From the NCBI GenBank assembly GCA_965248195.1, contig CBDFIQ010000002.1, forward strand, positions 320,001-384,000: a stretch of DNA of 64,000 nucleotides, given 5' to 3'. Both the position numbers and the translations under genes were made by a program. Numbering within the stretch: the first letter of the stretch is position 1; every line of letters starts with the position of its first letter. Below, one piece after another: positions 19,229-28,438 of this stretch. The DNA is from Longimicrobiales bacterium (lineage in GTDB: Bacteria > Gemmatimonadota > Gemmatimonadetes > Longimicrobiales > Gaopeijiaceae). Below the pieces are notes generated by a model that did no database searches, had not been told where the DNA came from, and saw only the letters and a program-made list of their open reading frames with translations.

Positions 19229-20026
19229 ATGACGCCTTGGGTGACCCGGCTTCTGGTGACGAACGTGATCGTGGCTCTGGTGCTCCGGCCAGGGACCCTC
19301 CTATACGCCATCCTGACTCTGTTCCCTCCGGCCGTCGTGGGACTCGACCAGTTTTACATACCAGAAATGCCGTTCAGGCCTTGGACGCTCTTCACCTACA
19401 TGTTTTTGCACGCGGGGCTGATGCACCTGATCTTCAACATGATCGGGCTATTCTTCTTCGGCCCGCGCCTCGAAGCGCGGTTGGGGGCGAGAGGATTCTT
19501 GGGGCTCTACTTCCTGAGCGGACTAGGCGGTGCAGCGTTTTCATTCGCCTTTTCCTACGGCGCTCCCGTCGTGGGGGCGTCGGCGGCGGTCTACGGCATA
19601 ATTATTGGCTTTGCCATGTATTGGCCCCGGGAGTTGATTTACATCTATGGGATCGTGCCGGTCCAAGCTCGCTGGCTCGCAACCTTCATCGTGGCCATCA
19701 GCTTGTACAGTGGAATCTCGGGATCGGATGGCGGCACGGCACACTTCGCTCACCTGGGCGGACTCGCCGTGGGTGCAGGGTTTCTTCGTTGGCGGGACCG
19801 GCGTCTTGGCAAGGATCGCCGGGACTTTCAGCGCAAGGTCAACCACTCCCCCTCGCTGAAGGTGTCGGACCACGATGCCAGAAGCCGCTGGGCCGCTATC
19901 GACTTGGCGTCGATGCACGCCCTCAACCGGAACGAGGTCGAGGAGCTGTTGGCCCGACTCGATCGACAAGGAATGGGCGCACTTTCGTTGGAGGAGCGCC
20001 AGTTCCTCGACCGCATGTCGGGATAG
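19229..20026 (+). CDS. Rhomboid intramembrane serine protease
   Basis: PWTLFTYMFLH, HLIFNM, GASAA (catalytic Ser), AHFAHLGG (catalytic His). Confidence 0.9.
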   Translation: MTPWVTRLLVTNVIVALVLRPGTLLYAILTLFPPAVVGLDQFYIPEMPFRPWTLFTYMFLHAGLMHLIFNMIGLFFFGPRLEARLGARGFLGLYFLSGLGGAAFSFAFSYGAPVVGASAAVYGIIIGFAMYWPRELIYIYGIVPVQARWLATFIVAISLYSGISGSDGGTAHFAHLGGLAVGAGFLRWRDRRLGKDRRDFQRKVNHSPSLKVSDHDARSRWAAIDLASMHALNRNEVEELLARLDRQGMGALSLEERQFLDRMSG

Positions 20027-20048
20027 TCAGAAGTCCTTCAACAGCGTT

Positions 20049-20867
20049 CTAGACCAGGCGCTTGTAGTCGGCGAGGTGCCGGAGCGCCTCCTTGGTGAGG
20101 CCACTTTTCTCGTAGAGGCGAGAGAGGTTGTAATGGGCCGAAGCCGTGTCTGGCTCGAAGCGGAGAGCCCTCTCGTAGGCTTCTATCGCCTCTCCCACTC
20201 TCTCGAGATCCTCCAGCGCCACGCCCAGATTGAACGCCGCCAGGGCCGATTCGGGGTTTGCGGAAAGAGCCTGGCGATAGTGAACCTCGGCCGATTCGAT
20301 CTCGCCCGCCTCATGGAGGAGGCGTCCCAGGTTGAGGTGGGCGTGCACGTGGCCAGGGTTGAGCGCGATCGCACGTTCGTAGGCTTGGGTGGCACGGTCG
20401 GTCGCGACACCCTCCAGATCCAGCGCCAGGTTGTACCAATCGTCGGCCGTCATGGCCGAGAGGGGGGTGCGCTCCACCATCGCCCCCGCGATGGGTGCGA
20501 TCTTTTCCGCCAGTTCCTGGACGGAAAAGTCGAGATGCACCTGCCCGGTCCGGGGGTCCCACACGGTTTTCTCTTCTTTGACCACGACGGAGTCACCGTC
20601 GGAGGTGATGTGGAGGGCGCTGAGGGCTTGATCTTCGGGGAGCTGCCCGCGGAGCGAGTGGAGTACGCTTTTCACCCGGCGTAAGGGAATCCCTGACGTT
20701 ATCAAGTCACGTGTAGTTCTGAGGAGGATGATGTCGGCGAAGGAGAATCGATACTCGTTCCTGCCGCCGCGCTCCGGGTCGACGAGGCCCGAGCGCGCGA
20801 GCGAACGAAGGCGGGACGCCGAGACGCCGAGAATCTCGGCCACTTGTTGGGTGGTGTACCCTCTCAG
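20049..20867 (-). CDS. MerR-type HTH plus TPR-repeat protein
   Basis: YTTQQVAEILGVSASRLRSLARSGLVDPER...YRFSFADIILLR HTH; four TPR-like repeats (WYNLA, AHLNLG, AAFNLG, AHYNLS); reading frame overlaps the ku stop; start either CTG 20867 or GTG 20843. Confidence 0.85.
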   Translation of the reverse strand: MRGYTTQQVAEILGVSASRLRSLARSGLVDPERGGRNEYRFSFADIILLRTTRDLITSGIPLRRVKSVLHSLRGQLPEDQALSALHITSDGDSVVVKEEKTVWDPRTGQVHLDFSVQELAEKIAPIAGAMVERTPLSAMTADDWYNLALDLEGVATDRATQAYERAIALNPGHVHAHLNLGRLLHEAGEIESAEVHYRQALSANPESALAAFNLGVALEDLERVGEAIEAYERALRFEPDTASAHYNLSRLYEKSGLTKEALRHLADYKRLV

Positions 20868-21712
20868 CTCGAGGCCCTCTTCCGGGCGGGCGCCTTCTTG
20901 GTCTTCCCCGAGGCGGCTTTTGCCGGTTTCCGTTCCGAACCCTCTTCCGAGAGGCTGGCCTTGAGGGCCGCCATCAGGTCGATGATCTGAGTTTGGGGCT
21001 CCTCCTGGGCCACCGTGACGATGTCTTCGCCGTCGATCTTTTGCTGGATGAGCTCGAGCATGCGCTCACGCACGTCGTCCTTGTAGTCGGTGGCCTCGAA
21101 CGCATCGGACGATGCCTGGTCCACGAGCTGGACGGCGAGCTCGAGCTCCGAGTCGCTCACCTCGCCCTCTTCTATCTCAACGTCCGAGAAGGAGCGCAGC
21201 TCGCCGGCGTAACGGAGTTGCTCCAGAAGCAGGCCCCCCTCGAAGGGGCGCACCATGACCAGATGCTGCTTGCCTCGCGTGGCGTGCTTTGCGATGGCGA
21301 CCCGGTCGGTCTGAGCCAGCGCGGCCGAGAGTAGCCGGTACGCGCGGGCGCCACCCTTGTCGGGTCCCAGGTAGTAGGCCCGATCGAAATAGAGCCGATC
21401 CACCTGGTCCGCTGGCACGAACTCCGTGATTTCGATCGAGTCCGTCTTGGGCTGTTCGACCGCCTTGAGCTCATCGGCGCTGAACAGGACATACTGGCCC
21501 TTTACGAACTCGTAACCCTTCACGATGTCTTCGCGGGGGACGATCTCGTCGTCTTTGGGGCAGATGTACTGCTGCTTCACACGGGTGCCACAGGTCTTGT
21601 GCACCATGTTGAAGGAGATGCGGGACTTGGATTCGGCCGTGGCATACAGCCTTACCGGTAACGAAACCAGCCCGAACGAAATCGTCGATGTTGCGATTGA
21701 ACGTGCGGCCAT
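20864..21712 (-). CDS. ku: NHEJ DNA end-binding protein Ku
   Basis: ARSIATSTISFGLVSLPVRLY, IVKGYEFVKGQYV, IIDLMAALKASL, basic C-terminal tail. Confidence 0.95.
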   Translation of the reverse strand: MAARSIATSTISFGLVSLPVRLYATAESKSRISFNMVHKTCGTRVKQQYICPKDDEIVPREDIVKGYEFVKGQYVLFSADELKAVEQPKTDSIEITEFVPADQVDRLYFDRAYYLGPDKGGARAYRLLSAALAQTDRVAIAKHATRGKQHLVMVRPFEGGLLLEQLRYAGELRSFSDVEIEEGEVSDSELELAVQLVDQASSDAFEATDYKDDVRERMLELIQQKIDGEDIVTVAQEEPQTQIIDLMAALKASLSEEGSERKPAKAASGKTKKAPARKRASS

Positions 21713-21749
21713 ATGGAAACGACTCCTTGAACCCTGGGGCGCGGGGTAT

Positions 21750-21761
21750 AAACATATGTTC
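21750..21761. promoter_or_regulatory. Candidate LexA/SOS-type palindrome between ku and ligD
   Basis: GAAC-ATAT-GTTT on the minus strand matches the core of the Gram-positive-type GAAC-RNRY-GTTY box. Confidence 0.4.
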
Positions 21762-21846
21762 AGAACTTCGTGTGGCGCAACGGAAGTGGTCATCGCCAAC
21801 CGGGAGGGCGCTGGTGCGGTCGAGCAGGATTTCGTTAACCTGACCC

Positions 21847-24576
21847 ATGTCTACAGGGTCCCGAGACGACAAGCTCGAGCGCTACCGCGACAAGCGGTCC
21901 GCCCCTCAGACCCCCGAACCTCTGGGGGGATCGGCCCCCCAGGGCGAGCGGCGTATTTTCGTCGTCCAAAAACATCACGCCAGTTCGCTCCACTGGGACC
22001 TGCGACTCGAGATGGACGGCGTCCTGGAGTCCTGGGCCGTCCCCAAGGGGCCCTCCCCGAATTCGGCGGACAAACGGCTCGCCATGCACGTGGAGCCCCA
22101 CCCCCTGGAGTATGCGGAGTTCGAGGGGGTCATCCCCGAGGGTCAATACGGTGCCGGCCCGTCGATCTGCTGGGACAAGGGCGTCTGGATCGAGATCCCC
22201 GGTGACAAGCACGGGATCGAGCACGGCAAGCTCCTGTTCGAGCTCCGGGGCTACAAGCTCAGGGGCCGCTGGACGCTCGTTCATACCCCCAAGCGGGGTG
22301 ACAACCACTGGCTTCTCATCAAAGAGCGGGACGGCTACGTCGATGAACGTGGCACGGAGGCCTTCCCCGACGACTCGATCTACTCGGGACTACTCGTCGA
22401 CCAGCTCGCCCATCCGCAGGCGCGTGAAGCGGAGATCGTGGACAAGGCACGTGAGCTCGGGGGCCCGGGTGGCTCGTCCGAACTCCCTGGCTCGTCCTCT
22501 TTCAGCTCGATGTTGGGCAAGACGGGCGGTTTCGAGGTGATGTTGGCCACCGCACGTGAGGAGCCCTTCACGAAGGAGGGGTGGGTCTTTGAGATCAAAT
22601 ATGACGGATACCGCCTCATCGCGGACGGGGCGGGTGGCCAGCCGGTTCTGTGGTCGAGAAACGGGAACGACATCACAGAGACGTTCCCCGACATCGCCCG
22701 GGCGGTTCGAGGCCTTCCATACGACGGTATCGTCCTGGATGGAGAGGTCGTGGTGCACGACGACGCGGGCCTTCCGAGCTTCAGCCGCCTCCAGCAGAGG
22801 GGTCGGTTGCAGCGCAAGTCCGCCATCGTCCGCGCGGCGCTCGATCTTCCGGCGGCGTTCTACGCCTTCGATCTTCTGGCTTTCGGCGGACTCGACCTTC
22901 GGGATCTCCCGTTGCTCGCCCGCAAGGCCATCCTTCGGGAGGCCCTCCCCACGGTGGGTCCCATACGCTACTCGGATCACATCGAGACCGAGGGCCAGGC
23001 GATGTACGAACAGGTCACGGGCATGCGGCTCGAGGGCATCGTGGCCAAGAGGGCGGACAGTCCCTACCGGTCCAGACGCTCGACCTCGTGGTACAAGATT
23101 CGGGCCGTGCGAACCGATGACTTCGTCGTCGTGGGCTACACCGATCCCAAGGGCGGCCGGCCGGGTTTCGGGGCACTTCACCTGGCGCAATACGCGGACG
23201 GGGACGGCGGTGAGCTCGTCTATGCCGGAAGCGTCGGTACGGGTTTCAGCGACGACATGCTCGACGACATCATGGAGTCCCTTCGCGGCCTCGAGGCTTC
23301 CACCCTTGGGGATCCAGGCGGCTCCGGCGGGGATCCAGGCGGCTCCGGCGGGGATCCAGGCGGCTCCGGCGGAGATCCAGGCGGCTCCGGCGAGGATCCA
23401 GGCGCTCCCGGCGGGGACTCCAGTGTCTCGGGCCCAAAGGCGGGCCGTCCCGCGATTGCCGGGGGCGTTCCCAAGGGGTCGAATCATCACTGGGTTCGAC
23501 CGGAGCTCGTCGCCGAGGTACGCTACAAGGAGTTCACGGAGGCGGGGGTGATCCGACACCCGTCGTTCGTGCACCTTCGCGATGACAAGCGCCCGGAAGA
23601 GTGCGTCCGTCAAGCTGAAGACGGTGCAGGAGCTCGCGACGGTGGGATTGGCGCTCCCATGCCGGTCACCGACGACGACGTCGATCGTACCGTTCACTTC
23701 ACGAATCTCGACAAAGTGCTCTGGCCGGAGACGGGCTACACGAAGGGTGACCTCATCGAGTACTACCGGGCGGTGTGGAAGTGGATCGAGCCGTATTTGG
23801 CGGATCGCTGTCTCGTGCTCACCCGCTTTCCTGACGGGATCGACGGAAAGTCCTTCTATCAGAAGAACGCGCCCGATTGGGCCCCCGAGTGGGTGCGGAC
23901 GGAATCCGTCTGGAGCGAGAGTTCCGAGAAGCCGATCGACTACTTCGTGGTGGAGGACCTGGAGATGCTGCTTTATGTGGCCAATTCGGCGGCCATCCCT
24001 CTGCATGTCTGGTCCAGCAGAATCGCTACCATCAACCAGCCGGACTGGTGTATTCTGGATCTCGATCCCAAGGGCGCTCCCTTCGGGGACGTCGTAAAGG
24101 TCGCCCGCGTCATCCGTGACGTGTGCGACGAGATCGAGCTGCCCACCTACGTGAAGACGAGCGGCGCGTCGGGCCTTCACGTTCTGGTCCCACTGGGACA
24201 CCAGTGTGACTATGAGCAGTCTCGCCAGCTAGGCCACCTGTTGGCGCAAGTTGTGGTCTCCGAGCTCCCCGAAATCGCCACCATCACACGGACGATCCGA
24301 GACCGCGAGGGGAGAGTCTACGTGGACTTTCTACAGAACCGGCGCGGCCAGCTCCTCGTGGCGCCGTTCAGCGTCCGTCCGGTCCCCGAGGCCGCGGTCT
24401 CCACGCCGCTCAAGTGGAGCGAAGTGACGCAGCGGTTAGACATCCGGAAGCATACGATCAGAACGGTGCCGGCCCGTATGAAGCGGCTCAAGGGCGGCGA
24501 CCCGTTCTTGGGGGTCCTGAAAGATCGACCCGACCTCATCGGCGCGCTCGGGCGGTTGGCGCGGCGTGCGGGCTGA
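21847..24576 (+). CDS. ligD: NHEJ DNA ligase D (phosphoesterase-ligase-polymerase)
   Basis: FVVQKHHASSLHWDLRLE and SWAVPKGPS (PE); EIKYDGYR and EGIVAKR (ligase); RFPDGI.G.SFYQKN, LDLDP, KTSGASGLH (POL). Confidence 0.95.
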   Translation: MSTGSRDDKLERYRDKRSAPQTPEPLGGSAPQGERRIFVVQKHHASSLHWDLRLEMDGVLESWAVPKGPSPNSADKRLAMHVEPHPLEYAEFEGVIPEGQYGAGPSICWDKGVWIEIPGDKHGIEHGKLLFELRGYKLRGRWTLVHTPKRGDNHWLLIKERDGYVDERGTEAFPDDSIYSGLLVDQLAHPQAREAEIVDKARELGGPGGSSELPGSSSFSSMLGKTGGFEVMLATAREEPFTKEGWVFEIKYDGYRLIADGAGGQPVLWSRNGNDITETFPDIARAVRGLPYDGIVLDGEVVVHDDAGLPSFSRLQQRGRLQRKSAIVRAALDLPAAFYAFDLLAFGGLDLRDLPLLARKAILREALPTVGPIRYSDHIETEGQAMYEQVTGMRLEGIVAKRADSPYRSRRSTSWYKIRAVRTDDFVVVGYTDPKGGRPGFGALHLAQYADGDGGELVYAGSVGTGFSDDMLDDIMESLRGLEASTLGDPGGSGGDPGGSGGDPGGSGGDPGGSGEDPGAPGGDSSVSGPKAGRPAIAGGVPKGSNHHWVRPELVAEVRYKEFTEAGVIRHPSFVHLRDDKRPEECVRQAEDGAGARDGGIGAPMPVTDDDVDRTVHFTNLDKVLWPETGYTKGDLIEYYRAVWKWIEPYLADRCLVLTRFPDGIDGKSFYQKNAPDWAPEWVRTESVWSESSEKPIDYFVVEDLEMLLYVANSAAIPLHVWSSRIATINQPDWCILDLDPKGAPFGDVVKVARVIRDVCDEIELPTYVKTSGASGLHVLVPLGHQCDYEQSRQLGHLLAQVVVSELPEIATITRTIRDREGRVYVDFLQNRRGQLLVAPFSVRPVPEAAVSTPLKWSEVTQRLDIRKHTIRTVPARMKRLKGGDPFLGVLKDRPDLIGALGRLARRAG
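23308..23412 (+). repeat. In-frame 21-bp tandem repeat, five copies, inside ligD
   Basis: ggggatccaggcggctccggc three times exactly plus two degenerate copies, encoding GDPGGSG repeats. Confidence 0.95.
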
Positions 24577-24666
24577 AAACGAGCGGATAGCAGCCGGAGC
24601 CCGAAACCAGACGCGTCGGTTTTACGTCAGAGAGTCGGGACCGGAACCCATACGAAAGGCTAGAAA

Positions 24667-25008
24667 ATGATCCAATTCGCCCTTCATCTCGTGGTCACGG
24701 CGGCCTTGCTCTCTGTCGCCGGGTACATCGTGTCCGGCATCGAGGTCGAAGACGGAGCAGCGGCCGTGATCGGCGCACTCGTCCTGGGGTTTGTCAACGC
24801 GTTCATCCGCCCCATCCTGGTCGTGCTGACCCTCCCGATCACGTTCCTGACGCTGGGGCTGTTCGTCTGGGTCGTGAACGCCTTCATGCTCAAGCTCACC
24901 GCGGCGTTCGTCCCTGGCTTCAAGGTCGAGGGCTTCTGGGCGGCGATGGTGGGTAGTTTGTTGCTCGGTATCCTCAACCTCGCCGTTGCGGCGCTTTTCG
25001 GCATTTAG
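24667..25008 (+). CDS. 4-TM YvlD-like (holin superfamily IV) membrane protein
   Basis: GFVNAFIRPILVVLTLPITFLTLGLFVWVVNAFML. Confidence 0.85.
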   Translation: MIQFALHLVVTAALLSVAGYIVSGIEVEDGAAAVIGALVLGFVNAFIRPILVVLTLPITFLTLGLFVWVVNAFMLKLTAAFVPGFKVEGFWAAMVGSLLLGILNLAVAALFGI

Positions 25009-25025
25009 GAGAGCGGAGTGCGCCG

Positions 25026-26453
25026 CTAGCTGATGGTCCCTGACAGCGCCTTCACCAGCCGGTACAGGAACTCCTGGCCCTCATAAAACGACTCGATGAG
25101 AACGCGCTCGTCTTGACCATGATCGCGGTTGTCATCGACATCGCTGAAGATCCCGGAGACGCCGTACGTCGGGATTCCCGCCCTCCTCAAGTAGAGCCCG
25201 TCCGTAGCGCCAGTGCTCATGATCGGGACGACCGGTACGCCGGGCCACATCTCCTCGGTAATCCGCTCGATGAGCCCCAGCACGTTGGGGGTGAGAGGCG
25301 ATGGCGGGCTGGGGCTGGGTGCTGCGACGGGCGTGACCTCCACGCCGGCGCCCGCGAGCTCTCGGAGGGTGAGTAGAACCTGGGCGGGGTCATGGTTCGG
25401 CAGGATACGGCAATTGACCAAGGCACCGGCGGTTTGGGGTAACGCGTTGTCGGCGTGCCCCCCACTCAGGCGAGTGGCGACGCAGGTCGTCCTGAGACGA
25501 GCATTCAGATGTGGAAACGCTTGAAGGCGCTCCACGGCCCTTTCATTCGCTGGGTCCTCTAGCACCGAAAGGATGTCTTCAGCGATGGCCCCACCCTCTA
25601 CCGTTGCGGTTCCTCGGAAATATGCCTCCGTGACCTCGTTCAACATGACCGGGAAATGGTACTGGCGGAGGCGCATGAGCGCGCCCGCCACGTCATAGAT
25701 GGCGTTGTCCTGCCGCGGGAGAGAGCTGTGGCCACCCGAGTTGGTGGCCTTCAGCTCGAAGTCTTGGTACACCTTTTCACTGGCCTGGACGGAGTTCAAT
25801 TGGCGAACGCCATTCTTCAGGGCTCCGCCGCCGCCCTCGTTGAGCGCGTACTCTGCATCGAGATCGCGACGGTTTTCGAGGAGCCAATCGACTCCGTTGA
25901 GGGGGCCGCCCTCCTCGTCGGCGGTGAGCGCCACGATGATGTCACGATCCGGTACGAACCCTTCTTCCTTGAGCCGGATGAGGTTGGCAGTGTAAATGGC
26001 GGCTTCGTCCTTGTCGTCCTTCACACCCCGTCCGTAGTAGTAGCCGTCGGCCTCGGTGAACGTCCAAGGGTCAATCGTCCAGTCGGAGCGGAGCGCCTCC
26101 ACCACGTCGAGGTGCGCCAAGAGGAGGATGGGTGCGCGGCCCGTGTCGCGGCCGCGGAGCCTGGCGACCAAGTTGACCTTCCGATCGTCCGGGCCGACGA
26201 TGTGGACGTCCTCACGTGCGAACCCGGCGTCGAGAAGGCGACGCGCCATCGCCTCTGCCGCCGGGGCCGTCCCCTCGGACTCGACCGTATTGATCTCGAT
26301 GAGCTCCCGAAACAAATCGAGCGCCAACTGTTGATGGCGATCGAGTTGTAGCTCCTGGCTCCCTGCACTTGCCGCGGTCAGGAAGAACACGGAGGCCAAG
26401 CCGGGGAACGCGCACCGCGCCCTGCCCCACCCCCTACTGATCCAAGTCGACAT
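25026..26453 (-). CDS. M20/M25/M40 metallopeptidase, exported
   Basis: LAHLDVV, YGRGVKDDK, TADEE, LNEGG, GGHSS, GATDG, HGQDER. Confidence 0.9.
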   Translation of the reverse strand: MSTWISRGWGRARCAFPGLASVFFLTAASAGSQELQLDRHQQLALDLFRELIEINTVESEGTAPAAEAMARRLLDAGFAREDVHIVGPDDRKVNLVARLRGRDTGRAPILLLAHLDVVEALRSDWTIDPWTFTEADGYYYGRGVKDDKDEAAIYTANLIRLKEEGFVPDRDIIVALTADEEGGPLNGVDWLLENRRDLDAEYALNEGGGGALKNGVRQLNSVQASEKVYQDFELKATNSGGHSSLPRQDNAIYDVAGALMRLRQYHFPVMLNEVTEAYFRGTATVEGGAIAEDILSVLEDPANERAVERLQAFPHLNARLRTTCVATRLSGGHADNALPQTAGALVNCRILPNHDPAQVLLTLRELAGAGVEVTPVAAPSPSPPSPLTPNVLGLIERITEEMWPGVPVVPIMSTGATDGLYLRRAGIPTYGVSGIFSDVDDNRDHGQDERVLIESFYEGQEFLYRLVKALSGTIS

Positions 26454-26479
26454 TGAGAACTCTCCCGTGCCTGAAATCG

Positions 26480-27193
26480 TTACGTAAGACTGTCGATCCA
26501 GGATCGCGTCGCATCCGCGAGTTCGTTTTGAACCTCGTCATCGGTGCGACCAGACCTCTTCAACACGTGAAAACCGTGATCCGCGCCCTCGACCACATGG
26601 AGCGTAGTGGTCTGTAGGAGATCTTGGCAAACCGGCTCTAGCAGATCGAGCGGGGCCAGCTTGTCCCGAGTCCCCTGCAGAAAGAGCAGTGGGACACCGA
26701 CTTTCCCTAGGTGCTCGCTTCGCTCGATGCCGGGCTTCTGGGGAGGATGGAGGGGAAAGCCAAAGAAGACGATGCCTTGGATCGTGGAGAGGGGACCCTT
26801 CGACGCGGCCAAGGACGTCATTCGGCCACCCATCGACTTGCCCCCCGCGAAAAGGGGAAGCCCGTCCGAGACCTCCGAGGCCGCACTCGCCGCCGAACGG
26901 ACCGTCTTGAGTAGAACGGGTTGATAGTCGGGGCGTCTACGTCCGTGCTCTATGTAAGGGAATTGGTACCGAAACGTGGCGATCCGCCGATCAGCCAGAC
27001 AAGCGGCCACAGCCTCCATGAAGGGATGCCGCATCCCGGCGCCGGCACCGTGCGCCAGCACCAGCAGGCAATCCGCGTCGAGGGGCCGCATGAGCAGTGC
27101 GGATACGTCCCCCGAGCTGGTTGTCGCCTCGAACCTATGCTCGGTCAGGTCGAATTGTTGTGCGGCGGGCTTGGATCCTGAAGCCACTGGCAT
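26480..27193 (-). CDS. Alpha/beta hydrolase (KANL3/Tex30-like)
   Basis: LAHGAGAGM, GGKSMGGR, GFPLHPP, QGTRD, GADHGF. Confidence 0.85.
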   Translation of the reverse strand: MPVASGSKPAAQQFDLTEHRFEATTSSGDVSALLMRPLDADCLLVLAHGAGAGMRHPFMEAVAACLADRRIATFRYQFPYIEHGRRRPDYQPVLLKTVRSAASAASEVSDGLPLFAGGKSMGGRMTSLAASKGPLSTIQGIVFFGFPLHPPQKPGIERSEHLGKVGVPLLFLQGTRDKLAPLDLLEPVCQDLLQTTTLHVVEGADHGFHVLKRSGRTDDEVQNELADATRSWIDSLT

Positions 27194-27333
27194 GACTCTC
27201 CCCTCGATCGTGACCGGTCGAGGTTGAGAGGTAAGTCGACCCGCCGCAAGGCTCAGCGATCTAGGGCCCCGTGCGCATCCAGAGGCGAGGTGTAAGTTCT
27301 CCCAACCAGTCATCTCTTTCAGGAGGCCCTAAA

Positions 27334-27828
27334 ATGTCTTTCAGGAAGATCTACTCGCGTCGGGGAATGGCGACTGTCGCCCTGACCCTTACGATCGTCG
27401 CCTGCCAACCGCCCGTAGCAGACGCCGACGCAGCTCAGCCCGCTCTACAACCCGCGGTTCAACCTGCCGTTCAGCAGGGCGCGGCTCCCGAATATCTGAA
27501 TCCCAACGCTCGGGCGCCGTACTCCGAAGGCGTCCGGCACGGGGGACTGCTCTTCTTGGCAGGAAAGCTCGGAGGCGGCGGGGAGCGCGGAATTCAGCCC
27601 GAGACTCGAATTGCCCTCGAGTCCATTCAAGATGCGCTCGAACGCTTCGGATCCTCCATGGACCGAGTCTTGAAGTGCTCCGTCTTTCTGGCCGATATGG
27701 CAGAGTGGGGCGCCATGAACGAGGTCTACGCGGAATTCTTTCCAGAGAACAAGCCTGCCCGGACCGCCGTCGGGGCGGGATTGTCAGGAACCAATCGCGT
27801 GGAAATCGAATGCATAGCCGCGGCGTGA
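27334..27828 (+). CDS. RidA/YjgF-family protein with lipoprotein signal
   Basis: GGAGG ribosome-binding site; lipobox IVAC; APYSEG, MNEVY, PARTAV, VEIECIA. Confidence 0.85.
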   Translation: MSFRKIYSRRGMATVALTLTIVACQPPVADADAAQPALQPAVQPAVQQGAAPEYLNPNARAPYSEGVRHGGLLFLAGKLGGGGERGIQPETRIALESIQDALERFGSSMDRVLKCSVFLADMAEWGAMNEVYAEFFPENKPARTAVGAGLSGTNRVEIECIAAA

Positions 27829-27889
27829 CGTCCGAGTTGGCGATCGGACCGACGGACCGCCGGAGAGCGGGCCTGGCCCCTCAGGACTC

Positions 27890-28438
27890 GTGAACGACGG
27901 GTCGCTGGAGCTCGCGACCCTCGGTGGGGGCTGTTACTGGTGCTTGGAGGCGGTCTTCGAGTTGCTCGAGGGCGTCGAGAGCGTGGTGTCGGGCGCCTCG
28001 GGCGGCCCCGAGCCGAATCCGACGTACGAGCAACTTTGCTCGGGGCGCACTGGGCACGCCGAGGTGGTTCAGCTTCGGGTGGACCCCTCGGTCACCAGCT
28101 TTCGGGAGATCCTCGAGGTCTTCTTCGCCACGCACGACCCCACGACATTGGATCGTCAGGGAGGCGACGTCGGGCCTCAGTACCGCTCGGCGATCTTCTA
28201 CCACTCGCCGGAGCAGAAGGAGACCGCAGAAGCGGTAATTGCAGAGTTGACCGCGGACGGTGTCTGGGGCGGTCCGATCGTCACGGAAGTCACTCCTTTC
28301 GACGCATTCTATGCGGCTAAGGAGGACCACCAGGCGTATTACCGAAGCAACGGTGGTCAGCCTTACTGTCAGGTCGTGATCGATCCCAAGGTCAGAAAGC
28401 TCCGGGAGAAGTTCGCTCACAAGCTGAAGAACGAATGA
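27890..28438 (+). CDS. msrA: Peptide methionine (S)-sulfoxide reductase
   Basis: GGGCYWC, TGHAEVV, HDPTTLDRQG.DVGPQYRS, HQ.YY. Confidence 0.9.
   Translation: MNDGSLELATLGGGCYWCLEAVFELLEGVESVVSGASGGPEPNPTYEQLCSGRTGHAEVVQLRVDPSVTSFREILEVFFATHDPTTLDRQGGDVGPQYRSAIFYHSPEQKETAEAVIAELTADGVWGGPIVTEVTPFDAFYAAKEDHQAYYRSNGGQPYCQVVIDPKVRKLREKFAHKLKNE

Noticed and set aside
23308..23412. Repeat array considered as CRISPR
   Set aside because: No spacers, in frame within ligD, and no cas genes in the window
24667..25008. Holin as evidence of a prophage
   Set aside because: YvlD-like 4-TM proteins are common chromosomal genes; no phage genes nearby
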